Assembly: GCA_039818205.1 (NCBI GenBank)
Contig: JBCBUK010000005.1
Coordinates: 224,001-288,000, forward strand
Direction of reading: 5' to 3'
DNA: 64,000 bases
Origin: Verrucomicrobiota bacterium
Lineage (GTDB): Bacteria; Verrucomicrobiota; Verrucomicrobiia; Opitutales; Cerasicoccaceae
In this document: one piece after another, positions 1-9,400 of the stretch
Layout of the letters: every line of letters starts with the position of its first letter
How positions within the stretch are numbered: the stretch's first letter is position 1
Notes under the pieces: model-generated
The model's database searches: none
The model's input: the letters and a program-made list of their open reading frames with translations, nothing else
What the model was told of the DNA's origin: nothing
Translations under genes and position numbers: made by a program

Positions 1-1
1 G

Positions 2-1432
2 TCCAACTACGGGATGGAAGTCGCGGTTGACCAAGGTGGCGGCACACGCGGGTACCAAGCCTCTTCGGACACCACAAACCCAATCGTTTTCGGATCACTC
101 ATATTTGAAGGCGAGGGCGTTTCGCCGGTCGCGGTAGACCCGAATGGAATCGCTGAAGCGATAATGCCATTGGACCCCGCCAATCGGGTTTCGGGAGGCA
201 ACCTATCGATCGGTACCTCCGGCATCTCCATCAGCAATCCTATCTGGGCCGTCATTGGGCATGCTAGCGTTGGTGAAGGAAACGTTATCGCGATCTTTGA
301 CCGGCAACCGCTGTGGAACAATGGTCCCGGATCGGACATCCTGGAAGAGGACAATCAAGAGATCCTGCGCCGCATGGTGCGCTACCTTGCGCGAGACTAC
401 GGGAACTCTCCCGAGTGGGTTAACCTGCAAATCCTTTCTGGAGATCCTAGTGACTTCCAAGTGAGTTACCGCCAATGGACTGGAGGCAGTGGTACCAATG
501 GCTTCAACTATACGGCTCGCAACACGCTATTTGCTGTCGAACAACAAGATGGTTTAGGCTCAAGCGATTGGCGCATTGAGTCGGGTCTGGTCGAGGATAT
601 CAGCTCAACCCCATTTGGTGATAGTGAAAGTGAAATTGTGACCTTACGTTTGCTTCCCGATCTCGCGGCTACACGATGGTTTGCACGAGTTCTCTATGAG
701 CCCGCAGATGGCGGTTCGCTACCGGCTGTCACTGCCGGTGGAGATCAATGGATCACAACTACCGGCAGCGCTTATTTGGACTCCACAATAATGAATGCAA
801 CGAGCCAAACCTGGACCAAGGAATCTGGACCAGGCACTGTCAATTTTGCCGATGACAGCGCGACTCAAACCACCGCAACATTTTCAACCGCGGGCACCTA
901 TGTCGTGACGATCACCGCCAATGGCGCGAGCGCCACGGCTGAAGATACGTTAACGGTGACCGTCGTCGATACAGCGGACGTTGAGATTGCAATCAACAGC
1001 GGTGGCTCAGTCTTCAGTTCGCAAACCGGATTCAGCTACGTTGCGGATGTTCATTTTGACGGAGGTGGTGTCGACTCATTCCCGGGTAACGCTGTTGAGG
1101 GAACTGCAGACGATGCGCTCTACAATTTCGCACGCTCGCAAAACAGTTCATTCGCCGGATATTCGATCCCGGTCACCAATGGCAATTACCTGGTGGTCTT
1201 ACAGCTCGCGGAGACCTTCTTTACTGAAGATAACAAGCGCGTGTTTGATATCTCAATCGAGGGGCAATTAGTTCTCGACGATATTGACCTGCATCAAGCA
1301 GCACCTGGCAAATGGGTAGCTATTGAACAAGCGTTCTCAACCACCGTCAGCGACTCGGTGCTCGATATCGATGTTTCGGCCTCAATCAACAATCCATTGA
1401 TCAACGCGATCATCGTGATTGATCAGCCTTAG
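2..1432 (+). CDS. 5'-truncated secreted/surface protein with an internal PVC-type beta-sandwich module, a PKD-like (K319L-type) domain and a C-terminal malectin domain
   Basis: The frame is open back to the window edge (TCC AAC TAC GGG ATG at 2-16). PKD-like segment: WTKESGPGTVNFADDSATQTTATFSTAGTYVVTITA. Malectin signature: AINSGG...YVADVHF...DDALY...YSIPVTNGNYLVVLQLAETFF...RVFDISIEG...INAI. Confidence 0.8.
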   Translation, partial: SNYGMEVAVDQGGGTRGYQASSDTTNPIVFGSLIFEGEGVSPVAVDPNGIAEAIMPLDPANRVSGGNLSIGTSGISISNPIWAVIGHASVGEGNVIAIFDRQPLWNNGPGSDILEEDNQEILRRMVRYLARDYGNSPEWVNLQILSGDPSDFQVSYRQWTGGSGTNGFNYTARNTLFAVEQQDGLGSSDWRIESGLVEDISSTPFGDSESEIVTLRLLPDLAATRWFARVLYEPADGGSLPAVTAGGDQWITTTGSAYLDSTIMNATSQTWTKESGPGTVNFADDSATQTTATFSTAGTYVVTITANGASATAEDTLTVTVVDTADVEIAINSGGSVFSSQTGFSYVADVHFDGGGVDSFPGNAVEGTADDALYNFARSQNSSFAGYSIPVTNGNYLVVLQLAETFFTEDNKRVFDISIEGQLVLDDIDLHQAAPGKWVAIEQAFSTTVSDSVLDIDVSASINNPLINAIIVIDQP

Positions 1433-1538
1433 AGTCGGGCGAAGGCCTATTTCCCGGCCAACGATCGATGCGGATTACTTGATACATTCTGCGCATTTCC
1501 CGTAATAATTTAATTGCGGGAACCGCGCCGTTTCTATC

Positions 1539-2543
1539 ATGTCGGGAAAGAGGACCATGACCCTGTCTCCGCCCAACGAAAACCCCGCGATCAAGATCTC
1601 CCAGATGCGCGTGGATTACGAATCCTTCACCGCAGTGGAGGGCCTGGATCTGAACATCGGAGCGGGAGAAGTGTTTGGATTAATTGGGCCAAACGGCGCC
1701 GGTAAAACCAGCACGTTCAAAGTCCTCGCGACATTGCTCGAACCAACCTACGGGGAAGTCTATCTTGGAGGTATCGACATTGCCGAGCAGCCGGGTGAGG
1801 CCCGACGCTTGCTTGGCTACATGCAGGACCTCGCACCGGTGCCAACCGACCTAAAGGTATGGGAGTTCCTGGATTGCTTTGCTCATGCCTATGGTCTTCC
1901 CAGGAAACAACGGAAAGCGCGGGTTGACGAATGTCTGGAATTGGTGGACCTCACCGAAAAGCGAAATGCCTATTGCAAGTCGCTCTCTCGAGGCATGACC
2001 CAGCGCCTGGTCTTAGCCAAGTGTCTGCTACATTCGCCTAAGGTCCTTCTACTTGACGAGCCAGCTAGCGGTATGGACCCAGTATCTCGGGTCCGCCTGC
2101 GCGATACGATTCACATGCTGGCCGAACAGAACGTCGCTGTCCTCATCAGTTCCCACATCTTAAGTGAGCTTTCCAATATCTGCTCGCACATTGGCATCCT
2201 GAACCATGGTCAACTCTTGGACCATGGACCGACATCGGACGTCGTTCGGCGCATGAGCCTAGAGGCGAACTTCCGTTTGATTCGCCTAAAGGTTCTGGAG
2301 GCCGATGAAAAGCTTGGCGAGTTTCTCGACCAGCATGACGACGTCCTTGATTTGGAAGTAAATGCAAGCACGGTAAGCTTCAAGTATTCCGGAAGTCCTG
2401 AGGATCAAGCGCAGCTGCTCAAAGAGATGGTCCTGCAAGAGTTTGCGATCTATTCGTTTGAAGAGCGGGAAACCAACATCGAGGACATTATTCTTGGTCT
2501 CGATGAAGCCTCAAAGCCTCCGCGCGCTACGACTGCCTCATGA
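1539..2543 (+). CDS. ABC-2-type exporter ATP-binding protein
   Basis: Walker A GPNGAGKT, signature LSRGMTQR, Walker B LLLDEP, H-loop ISSHIL. Confidence 0.93.
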   Translation: MSGKRTMTLSPPNENPAIKISQMRVDYESFTAVEGLDLNIGAGEVFGLIGPNGAGKTSTFKVLATLLEPTYGEVYLGGIDIAEQPGEARRLLGYMQDLAPVPTDLKVWEFLDCFAHAYGLPRKQRKARVDECLELVDLTEKRNAYCKSLSRGMTQRLVLAKCLLHSPKVLLLDEPASGMDPVSRVRLRDTIHMLAEQNVAVLISSHILSELSNICSHIGILNHGQLLDHGPTSDVVRRMSLEANFRLIRLKVLEADEKLGEFLDQHDDVLDLEVNASTVSFKYSGSPEDQAQLLKEMVLQEFAIYSFEERETNIEDIILGLDEASKPPRATTAS

Positions 2544-4177
2544 ATGGTCGACCGTTTAAGATCCGCAGCATCTTCACGGACCTCGCGTTCTGGAGTAATC
2601 CGATTTTCATTCGCTATTGCCGGGCGAAGTTGCGGCCGAAACCGCTCATCGCCTGGGTATTGGTTGTTCTATCGCTCACGGGATTCATATTCAGCCTGAC
2701 CTATCTGCTCCCGTTGCGCGAAGAGAGCATGACACGGGTTGAAGCCGCCCGCCTCAGCTTGATTCCGTTATTTATTATACAGTGCGCTATTCTGATGTTC
2801 AAGGGGTCATTCAGCGTGGCGTCTGGCATCACGCGGGAAGGCATGGAGGGCGTTTTGGACTACCAGCGCCTCGCGCCATTATCACCACTACAAAAGATTG
2901 TCGGCTACCTTTTTGGCTTACCTGTATTGGACTATTGCTTGTTTGCAGTGACCCTGCCCTTCCTGATTTTCACTGTCATCACGGGTAAGATTGCGGTGGG
3001 CCACCTGGTTAGCTTGTACAGCGTATTTGCAACCTCGGTTCTGCTCTATCACATGACGGCGTATATGGCTGGCATGGTCGTAACCAGACGCTTCCTCGCC
3101 GGCTTTATTTCGCAAACCTTGATGTTTGTCCTCTACTTCATTCTGCCAAACCTGAAGGGACTGGGCTACGTTTTTTTCGAATACCTGACGGTTCGGCCAG
3201 CCGTGTATTATCAATTGGCTCAAATCGTCCCCGACCAGGTCCGTCCATTGTTGGGCGTCAACCATGTGGACTTTTTCCAGCTGGACTTCTCGATCATCGG
3301 TTTTTCCCTCGTGATCCAGCTGTTATTGTTCTGGGTGTTCGCGATGGTCGTCTATCGCAAATGGCGACAAGAAACCCTACACATTTTAGGCAAACACTCG
3401 AGTGTGATTGTCTATGCCGGAATCGTTGTCGCGCTGGTTGGCAGCATGATTCCGCTGATTGAAACTGGCCGCATCTTTCCCTCCATTGCTTCCCAGCGCT
3501 TTTTTCATCTCGAGCCCAATATGGTGATCCCTCCGGAAGAGGCCGCAATCATACCGGGCATCTTCGGGTTTCTCATCTTGGCTTTGAGCATGACGATGAT
3601 CGGCCAAATGACCCCAACTCGCGACAAGCAAATGAAGGGATGGCGGCGCGTTTTTAAATACGGACGACGACGTATCCCCTGGGGCGATGACGCCTCAAGT
3701 TCCCTATGGCATGGGCTGGCAATTACCGTCGCTGGAATCGCTGGTTGGTGTGTATTCACCCGCTTCTTGCACACCTCGCATTGGTACTATCGCTGGGACT
3801 TGGGCGACGGGTATTGGATATGGGTCGCATTGGCTATTTTTGCTCCACTGATATTTTTCCAAATGATCATGGAGTTGTGGGGCATGCGAGGCGCGTTCCT
3901 ATTGTCGCTTGGCTGGCTGGTCATGCTATTTGGCGCGATCATCTTGATGGCTATATCCGACTATTGGATCAATGCGGCGACCTATCTCATGATGCTATCC
4001 GGATTTGCCCTACCCTTTTTCGCCGTCGAGGCCGGTATGGATGGCTCCATATGGCAAGAGCTCCCCAGCGCAAAAAGCGCCTTCTTCTACTCATTGATTC
4101 TTTATGCCTTTTGTTTTCCATTTCTTTGCAGCAAATGGTGGAACCACCACCGCGGACTTCGCCAAAACACTCAGTAA
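2540..4177 (+). CDS. ABC-2-type exporter permease (multi-pass membrane protein)
   Basis: ATGA overlap with the ATPase gene. About 12 hydrophobic segments. N-terminal NPIFIRYCR and ITREGMEGVLDYQRLAPLSP resemble ABC-2 permease motifs. Confidence 0.8.
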   Translation: MNGRPFKIRSIFTDLAFWSNPIFIRYCRAKLRPKPLIAWVLVVLSLTGFIFSLTYLLPLREESMTRVEAARLSLIPLFIIQCAILMFKGSFSVASGITREGMEGVLDYQRLAPLSPLQKIVGYLFGLPVLDYCLFAVTLPFLIFTVITGKIAVGHLVSLYSVFATSVLLYHMTAYMAGMVVTRRFLAGFISQTLMFVLYFILPNLKGLGYVFFEYLTVRPAVYYQLAQIVPDQVRPLLGVNHVDFFQLDFSIIGFSLVIQLLLFWVFAMVVYRKWRQETLHILGKHSSVIVYAGIVVALVGSMIPLIETGRIFPSIASQRFFHLEPNMVIPPEEAAIIPGIFGFLILALSMTMIGQMTPTRDKQMKGWRRVFKYGRRRIPWGDDASSSLWHGLAITVAGIAGWCVFTRFLHTSHWYYRWDLGDGYWIWVALAIFAPLIFFQMIMELWGMRGAFLLSLGWLVMLFGAIILMAISDYWINAATYLMMLSGFALPFFAVEAGMDGSIWQELPSAKSAFFYSLILYAFCFPFLCSKWWNHHRGLRQNTQ

Positions 4178-4186
4178 TCGCACGCC

Positions 4187-5119
4187 ATGAAAGCCAACCC
4201 CCTCTTACTTATTGCCGGAATTGGCATCGGACTATTCGGCCACGCATTTTTCTCGAACATCGGCGAGTCTGATCCTGTACCGGTGGAGCCGATATCCAGC
4301 ATTTTAGAAACGGATGACCTATCCGAACTCAAAGCACGCCTGGCGGCATCACAGCGGCGAGTGTCTCGGCTCGAGTCCATGCTGAGCGCTGCTACGATGG
4401 CCGAAAACCGACTCCAACAGATCAAGGATCCGGACAACACGGACACCAATCAAATCGGCAACATAGCCGACCTGATCGACAGATCAAAACCGGTCCTTAG
4501 GGCGCTCATCTTACCGGAGATTGAACGCAGCATAGCCAACAATGAATGGGGAGATGATTTTGAATTAAACTACTGGGCCGATACTCTTGAACTTAGCCCC
4601 GACCAAAGGAGCCGACTCCGGGGCGAACTTGACGCGCTCGCTCGAGCACGTGCTGAAATTTTCATGGACCAATTGAAAGACGATCAAACATCCATGTTCT
4701 CCTTGTTCCAGCAGATGTCCGACTACGAGAATATCGGCGACCCCAAAGTCGATTCGATTTACGCCAAACATCTGGACCCGGATCAGCGGGAACAATATGA
4801 TCAACACCAATTCGACGAACGAATGGAGCGCGTCGACAGCGAAGCGGCGAACCGGCTCGACATGATTGGCTACCACATCCCTGACCTTTCCGAGACCCAA
4901 CAGGATCAAATCTATACCGCGCTCGCCCGCAGCTCTAGAGCATATACGCCCGAGATGCAAATCGCCGCCGGCGACAATGTATCGCCCGAATATGGACCAC
5001 TAACTGGCGAAGAACGCGACCTCGCGATTGAGCAAATACTGCTACCTCACCAACAGTCCGATTGGGCGGTGTATCGCAATCGCCAAGAAATCCTTTCAGG
5101 CATCGGAGACTTCGACTAG
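4187..5119 (+). CDS. Membrane-anchored helical hypothetical protein with LTxxQ-like motifs
   Basis: N-terminal hydrophobic anchor and a coiled coil. Motifs LELSPDQ, HLDPDQ, DLSETQQ and ILLPHQQ. Starts 9 nt after the permease stop. Confidence 0.7.
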   Translation: MKANPLLLIAGIGIGLFGHAFFSNIGESDPVPVEPISSILETDDLSELKARLAASQRRVSRLESMLSAATMAENRLQQIKDPDNTDTNQIGNIADLIDRSKPVLRALILPEIERSIANNEWGDDFELNYWADTLELSPDQRSRLRGELDALARARAEIFMDQLKDDQTSMFSLFQQMSDYENIGDPKVDSIYAKHLDPDQREQYDQHQFDERMERVDSEAANRLDMIGYHIPDLSETQQDQIYTALARSSRAYTPEMQIAAGDNVSPEYGPLTGEERDLAIEQILLPHQQSDWAVYRNRQEILSGIGDFD

Positions 5120-5129
5120 TAAGTCCGGT

Positions 5130-6035
5130 TCAGTTCTTGCGGGCTGGTTGGGCATTTGCCGTTGTGCTGTCGTAGTAGGTATTCAGATCCTCAATTGCGT
5201 GTTCGCGCATGCGGGGGTCAGTGATCCCTTCCGCCCACGACATCAGGACCTCTTTCGGGGCTTCATGCTTCGATCGGATAACCAGGTTGAATACGGGTTC
5301 GTCCAAGGCCGGCGAGCTCTCCAGTGGGGCAAGAAACTCGGAGACTTGAGCAGCGTCTTGGACAATCCATTCGAGCAAAGCACCAGATAGCAGATCATTG
5401 CGAATGCGTCCGTCTTCCAGGCTTAGAAACGTCCGCACACTTGCTTCGGGATCTTGTTCGGCAAAATGTTCGCCAACCTGAAAGGCAGTCACATCGAACT
5501 GATCTTTATTTTCTGGCCGCAGCAAATAACTACCGATTTCGAGCGGATTGGTTTCATGAAGATGATTTCGGAGAAGCTCCACAACCGTATTGTTGAAGAC
5601 CGCATAGTTTTCACGAAACAACTCAAAGCGTTCCAAGGTCACGCCCGTTGGGAAATCCTGAAAGTGCGCAATCAACACGTCACCGACTTGATAATGCCAA
5701 TCATCCAAGTCCATGCGACCAATGGCTACCAAAGCCGCGGTTTGGTCGGACTCTAGCAGCGAGACAAGCAGCTGGCTGAATGCCGCAAGATCACTCGCTT
5801 GGCGGGCCTGATCAAGCTGTGCATAGACTGACGCCGAAACGGATTCTTGTTCGTCGTAATCGACGCTTAGCCCGGCATCAAAGCTCAGCAGATCGTTTGG
5901 CGTTGGCTCACTCGCCTCAGCAACCAGTGTTTGTGGCAAAGGGTTCGGCTCAGGCGCTCGCACACGATCCACTGCCCACCAACAAACGACGAACAGAAAC
6001 AACACGACAGGAAACAACTTTAATGCTTGGCGCAT
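5130..6035 (-). CDS. Membrane-anchored alpha-helical repeat hypothetical protein
   Basis: 301-aa ORF with an N-terminal TM segment and repeats such as FAEQDPEASVRTFLSLEDGRIRNDLL and WAEGITDPRMREHAI. Similar to 7568-9004. Confidence 0.72.
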   Translation of the reverse strand: MRQALKLFPVVLFLFVVCWWAVDRVRAPEPNPLPQTLVAEASEPTPNDLLSFDAGLSVDYDEQESVSASVYAQLDQARQASDLAAFSQLLVSLLESDQTAALVAIGRMDLDDWHYQVGDVLIAHFQDFPTGVTLERFELFRENYAVFNNTVVELLRNHLHETNPLEIGSYLLRPENKDQFDVTAFQVGEHFAEQDPEASVRTFLSLEDGRIRNDLLSGALLEWIVQDAAQVSEFLAPLESSPALDEPVFNLVIRSKHEAPKEVLMSWAEGITDPRMREHAIEDLNTYYDSTTANAQPARKN

Positions 6036-6039
6036 CTTT

Positions 6040-6076
6040 AAAAGTAGGACGCCGGGCCCACAAGGCCCAGCGTCCT
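6040..6076 (-). terminator. GC-rich hairpin with U tract downstream of the beta-helix gene (terminator or mRNA stabiliser)
   Basis: AGGACGC-C-GGGCC(cacaa)GGCCC-A-GCGTCCT at 6046-6076, followed on the minus strand by ACTTTT. Confidence 0.6.
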
Positions 6077-6105
6077 TGATTGTTACGGTTATCCAGAGAA
6101 ACGGA

Positions 6106-7359
6106 TTAGAAGGTGGAACTTGAGTTCAACCAACCACCACCAGGTAGTGAGAAGAATCCGCCGGAACCCTGACTGACTTCGGAACGAGCGAGTCCGGTGT
6201 TGCCAGTAAGCAGGATATTCTGACCAAGCGTCCAGGAGTTCACCTTCGGACCCGAGGCCGTCACCTGACTGAAGTCAAGGTTGCGCATTGTGATCGAATT
6301 ACACTTCACCACTTCAGCACCCCACTTGGTATTACCCTTCAGTGTGATGTTCTCGATCGTGCAGTTACGCACTAGCTGCTCAGGGAACTGAGATTCGGGA
6401 GCAGTGATCGCGATGATCGAGTTGAAGTTGTTTCCGTTAAGCGTCGTGTTGTTGTAGTTCATCAAGGTTCCACCGGCAGCATAGATATTGGCGGTACGGT
6501 CCTCAATATGTAGTGCCTGCGAATAGGTTCCATTCAACTGAGCACCGTAGTTACTGCGGTATAGACCACCGCCGCCTTCAACGGTATTGCGGAGCACATC
6601 AATATTCTTGGCCCGGGCAATCGCGATTCCGAACTCGCGCACCTTGGCAATGTAGTTATCCGCAACGAGCGATGATTGGTTGTTGGCCGACATATCAATT
6701 GTGGTCAACTTGCTGCGATCTTCATTGCCGTAATCGACATTGACTCCCATGAAACCGTCTTTGGCGATATAGGAGTTCTTGAATTCAAAACGACCAACCC
6801 ATAGCGGCGAAGGATTCGCATTCGAACTCCACAACCACAATCCATAGGCGTGGTTGCCAACGAAATGGGTGTTATCAATGACCAGGCCATTGGAGGCCTT
6901 ACCACCACCATTATGCACACCGTAGTTCACGCGGAAAACGGTTGATCCAATCAGCTTGGTATTGGACTTACCGTTGAAGATAACGCCGAAGCGGTCGGCA
7001 TTACCTGATTGGGGGGTAGCCACGTTGCCATTGATGAGCAAGCTGTTGAGCTCAACGTTGTCGACGGTGATCCGGATCACCGGGCCCCAGCCGCCATCAG
7101 TGCGCCTGAATTCGGACGACCAACGGCCGGCCCCGACAATGCGGACTGATCGATTTACGACGAGTTCTTGATTACTCACATAGGCACGCGCGGATAGATT
7201 TATTCGGCCGCCGTTACCAGCAGCATTACACGCATTAAGCAGGCTGCTACGCAGGGTCGAAGCCTGTCCGTTCCAATAGTTGTCTAGGTTCACCGTTTGC
7301 GCGGCGAAGGCAGCGGGCATAGCCATGCAGGCAGCCGCCAAAAGAAGCAACTTCTTCAT
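6106..7359 (-). CDS. Secreted right-handed parallel beta-helix (pectin-lyase fold) protein, probably polysaccharide-active
   Basis: Signal peptide MKKLLLLAAACMAMPAAFA. N-terminal helix plus GGRINL...LVVNRSVRIVGAG motif, and an Asn/Ile ladder pattern (VADNYI, IDVLRNTV, CTIENITL). Confidence 0.75.
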   Translation of the reverse strand: MKKLLLLAAACMAMPAAFAAQTVNLDNYWNGQASTLRSSLLNACNAAGNGGRINLSARAYVSNQELVVNRSVRIVGAGRWSSEFRRTDGGWGPVIRITVDNVELNSLLINGNVATPQSGNADRFGVIFNGKSNTKLIGSTVFRVNYGVHNGGGKASNGLVIDNTHFVGNHAYGLWLWSSNANPSPLWVGRFEFKNSYIAKDGFMGVNVDYGNEDRSKLTTIDMSANNQSSLVADNYIAKVREFGIAIARAKNIDVLRNTVEGGGGLYRSNYGAQLNGTYSQALHIEDRTANIYAAGGTLMNYNNTTLNGNNFNSIIAITAPESQFPEQLVRNCTIENITLKGNTKWGAEVVKCNSITMRNLDFSQVTASGPKVNSWTLGQNILLTGNTGLARSEVSQGSGGFFSLPGGGWLNSSSTF

Positions 7360-7567
7360 TCTATTAGGGTATTGAGGTTAGGGATTTATACGAGAGATGA
7401 ACGACTATACGGGGTGGTATGTCGCACGATGTTTAGTTTACACGCGTCTAGCTAAAAATCCAGTCTAATATCATCAATTAGCGACACTTTCTTGTGCCAC
7501 CAAATCTCTAACGAAAATCGCTCTTCGAAAAACTGACTGTCCGAACGGGATGCGACCCGTAGAACTC

Positions 7568-9004
7568 TTATTGAGGCAGCAAGATATCGACTATTTCGTT
7601 TGGAGACAATTGCTGCATCAGGGCAGCTTTCTGGTCAAGGTCGAGTCGTGCCGAGGTTTGCACTGCGGCCAGGGCCGAATCGGGATCAACACGATACCAC
7701 TGGCCGACAACCTTACTCGCGTGGGCCCAATAGTTACTGTCGGAGCTCATGCTTTCGGCAAGCTCATAGGCTTTGCTCGGATTGCCGTTTACGTATTGGT
7801 CAATCGCAACATTAAGCGCCCGCTGCTTCACTTCATTTTCTGGCAAAGCATACAACCAACGTTCCGCGGCAACGGGGTCTTGTTTAAACCAATGCTGTGC
7901 AACCTGCTCTCCACTACTTGCCTGAACGGCTTCGGGCAGCTCATTGATCTTGGCCGCAAGCATGACTGGATCAGTCCGAGCCAAGTTTTCACTCATCTGT
8001 CCAAGCAGCTGGGCGTATTGCCCGGTATTGTAGTTTTCCAGGGCATATTCAAGGGCTTGCATTGGCGCCTGCTGAGACCAGCGGTCTAGCGCAATCCAGG
8101 TGGCATTGTGGCGAGTTTTCTTATTATCGATTTTCTCTGCCCACTCCAGTGCTTTCGAAACGCTTTGTTGGTCGGCAAGCTGTCGCGTAAAACTCTCGGC
8201 AAGCTGCCCCTTCAGCTCGCTCTCCCGCATCTCCAGGATAACCATATCAGCATCGCCTGGATTCTGATCAATGTATCGGAACATGACTGACCGGTAGATA
8301 TCGAAGAGATCCTGGTTCAAGGGCTGGGTTTCAATCCAATCGAACACAGCACCAATATCCTGTCGGGCCCATTCCTCGATTACCGCGGCAACGGCATGGT
8401 TACGGACAATACCTTCCGGCAGATGCTCAGCCATCGTGATGACATCCTGTGGCGGATTGTTCGACGCGAGCCCAGAATAGATTGCAGGCAGCATGTAAGC
8501 ATCGGTCGATAGGTCTACAAAGTGTTGATTCACCCAATCGATTGCATCGGTTCCGTAAGCCCGCGCGTATTCTTTCAAGGCAATCTGGAGCAAGTCAGAA
8601 CGGAGTGCGCCGTCTTCAAGCCCAGAAACATATTCAAGCGATGCTTCAGGGTCTCGCTGAGACCATTCAGAGACCAACACCTGGGAAACGGCACGAACCA
8701 TAGTGGGGTCTCGGCCATTAATCGAGCGACCAAGGAGTCGCGAAAACTCTCTCGAGTCAACCGCATCAAAGAGACCAGAGAGATCGACCACAGCATCAAC
8801 CTGGGTCGCGGGCTCCGCTTCCTGGCTCGGGTGGGCGTCAAGCGCCGATGCTGAATCAACGCTCCCCGAGGAACTCGACACATATTTCGGCGACATCGGA
8901 TCGGCGCCGGGCTTACCGCCAATGTACTTTGCGATGAGGTAGCCTAGGAGCGCACCAACGCTAAGGGTGAATAGATATCGAAGGATTACAGACTTCATGG
9001 CCAT
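7568..9004 (-). CDS. Membrane-anchored alpha-helical repeat hypothetical protein
   Basis: 478 aa with an N-terminal TM segment and many ~30-aa W-x-x-x-D-P-x-x-A repeats (WSQRDPEASLEY, WARQDIGAVFDW, WFKQDPVAAERW, WYRVDPDSALAA). Confidence 0.78.
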   Translation of the reverse strand: MAMKSVILRYLFTLSVGALLGYLIAKYIGGKPGADPMSPKYVSSSSGSVDSASALDAHPSQEAEPATQVDAVVDLSGLFDAVDSREFSRLLGRSINGRDPTMVRAVSQVLVSEWSQRDPEASLEYVSGLEDGALRSDLLQIALKEYARAYGTDAIDWVNQHFVDLSTDAYMLPAIYSGLASNNPPQDVITMAEHLPEGIVRNHAVAAVIEEWARQDIGAVFDWIETQPLNQDLFDIYRSVMFRYIDQNPGDADMVILEMRESELKGQLAESFTRQLADQQSVSKALEWAEKIDNKKTRHNATWIALDRWSQQAPMQALEYALENYNTGQYAQLLGQMSENLARTDPVMLAAKINELPEAVQASSGEQVAQHWFKQDPVAAERWLYALPENEVKQRALNVAIDQYVNGNPSKAYELAESMSSDSNYWAHASKVVGQWYRVDPDSALAAVQTSARLDLDQKAALMQQLSPNEIVDILLPQ

Positions 9005-9209
9005 ATCCGATACAGGACCAAGCCCATAACGAGAAACAAGCCGGACCTAAAGGGGTAAAACGATAATGGAATCAACGTTCGAGCTACGGTAAGCCGTCCC
9101 CTTGTTTCCTGTCAACTATCGTCGAATCCAACGAACGCAGCGCGACAATGCGATGGCCTCAATTCTCGCTATACACGAGTTTAGAGAAATCGGCCAAACA
9201 TACATAATT

Positions 9210-9223
9210 TTGTATCGAAACAA
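9210..9223. promoter_or_regulatory. Candidate LacI-family-like operator
   Basis: TTGTATCGAAACAA is a 12/14 palindrome with a central CG, in the AT-rich divergent intergenic region. Confidence 0.35.
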
Positions 9224-9372
9224 TACGTTATTCCGTTGGATTCCTAGACTAATAATTGTGGAACATTGCGCTAAGAAAAGACAAATTCCATTTCCTTAAA
9301 ACATTGATATTCAAGTACAATAGGAACCAATACCAACGAATCTTTAATGATTTCCGAAAATCAAATCCATTG

Positions 9373-9400
9373 TTGACAGCCGCCCAGAATATTTTAGCCT
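9373..9400 (+). promoter_or_regulatory. Sigma70-type promoter candidate upstream of the GH86 gene
   Basis: TTGACA (9373-9378), 16-nt spacer, TAGCCT (9395-9400). Confidence 0.5.
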
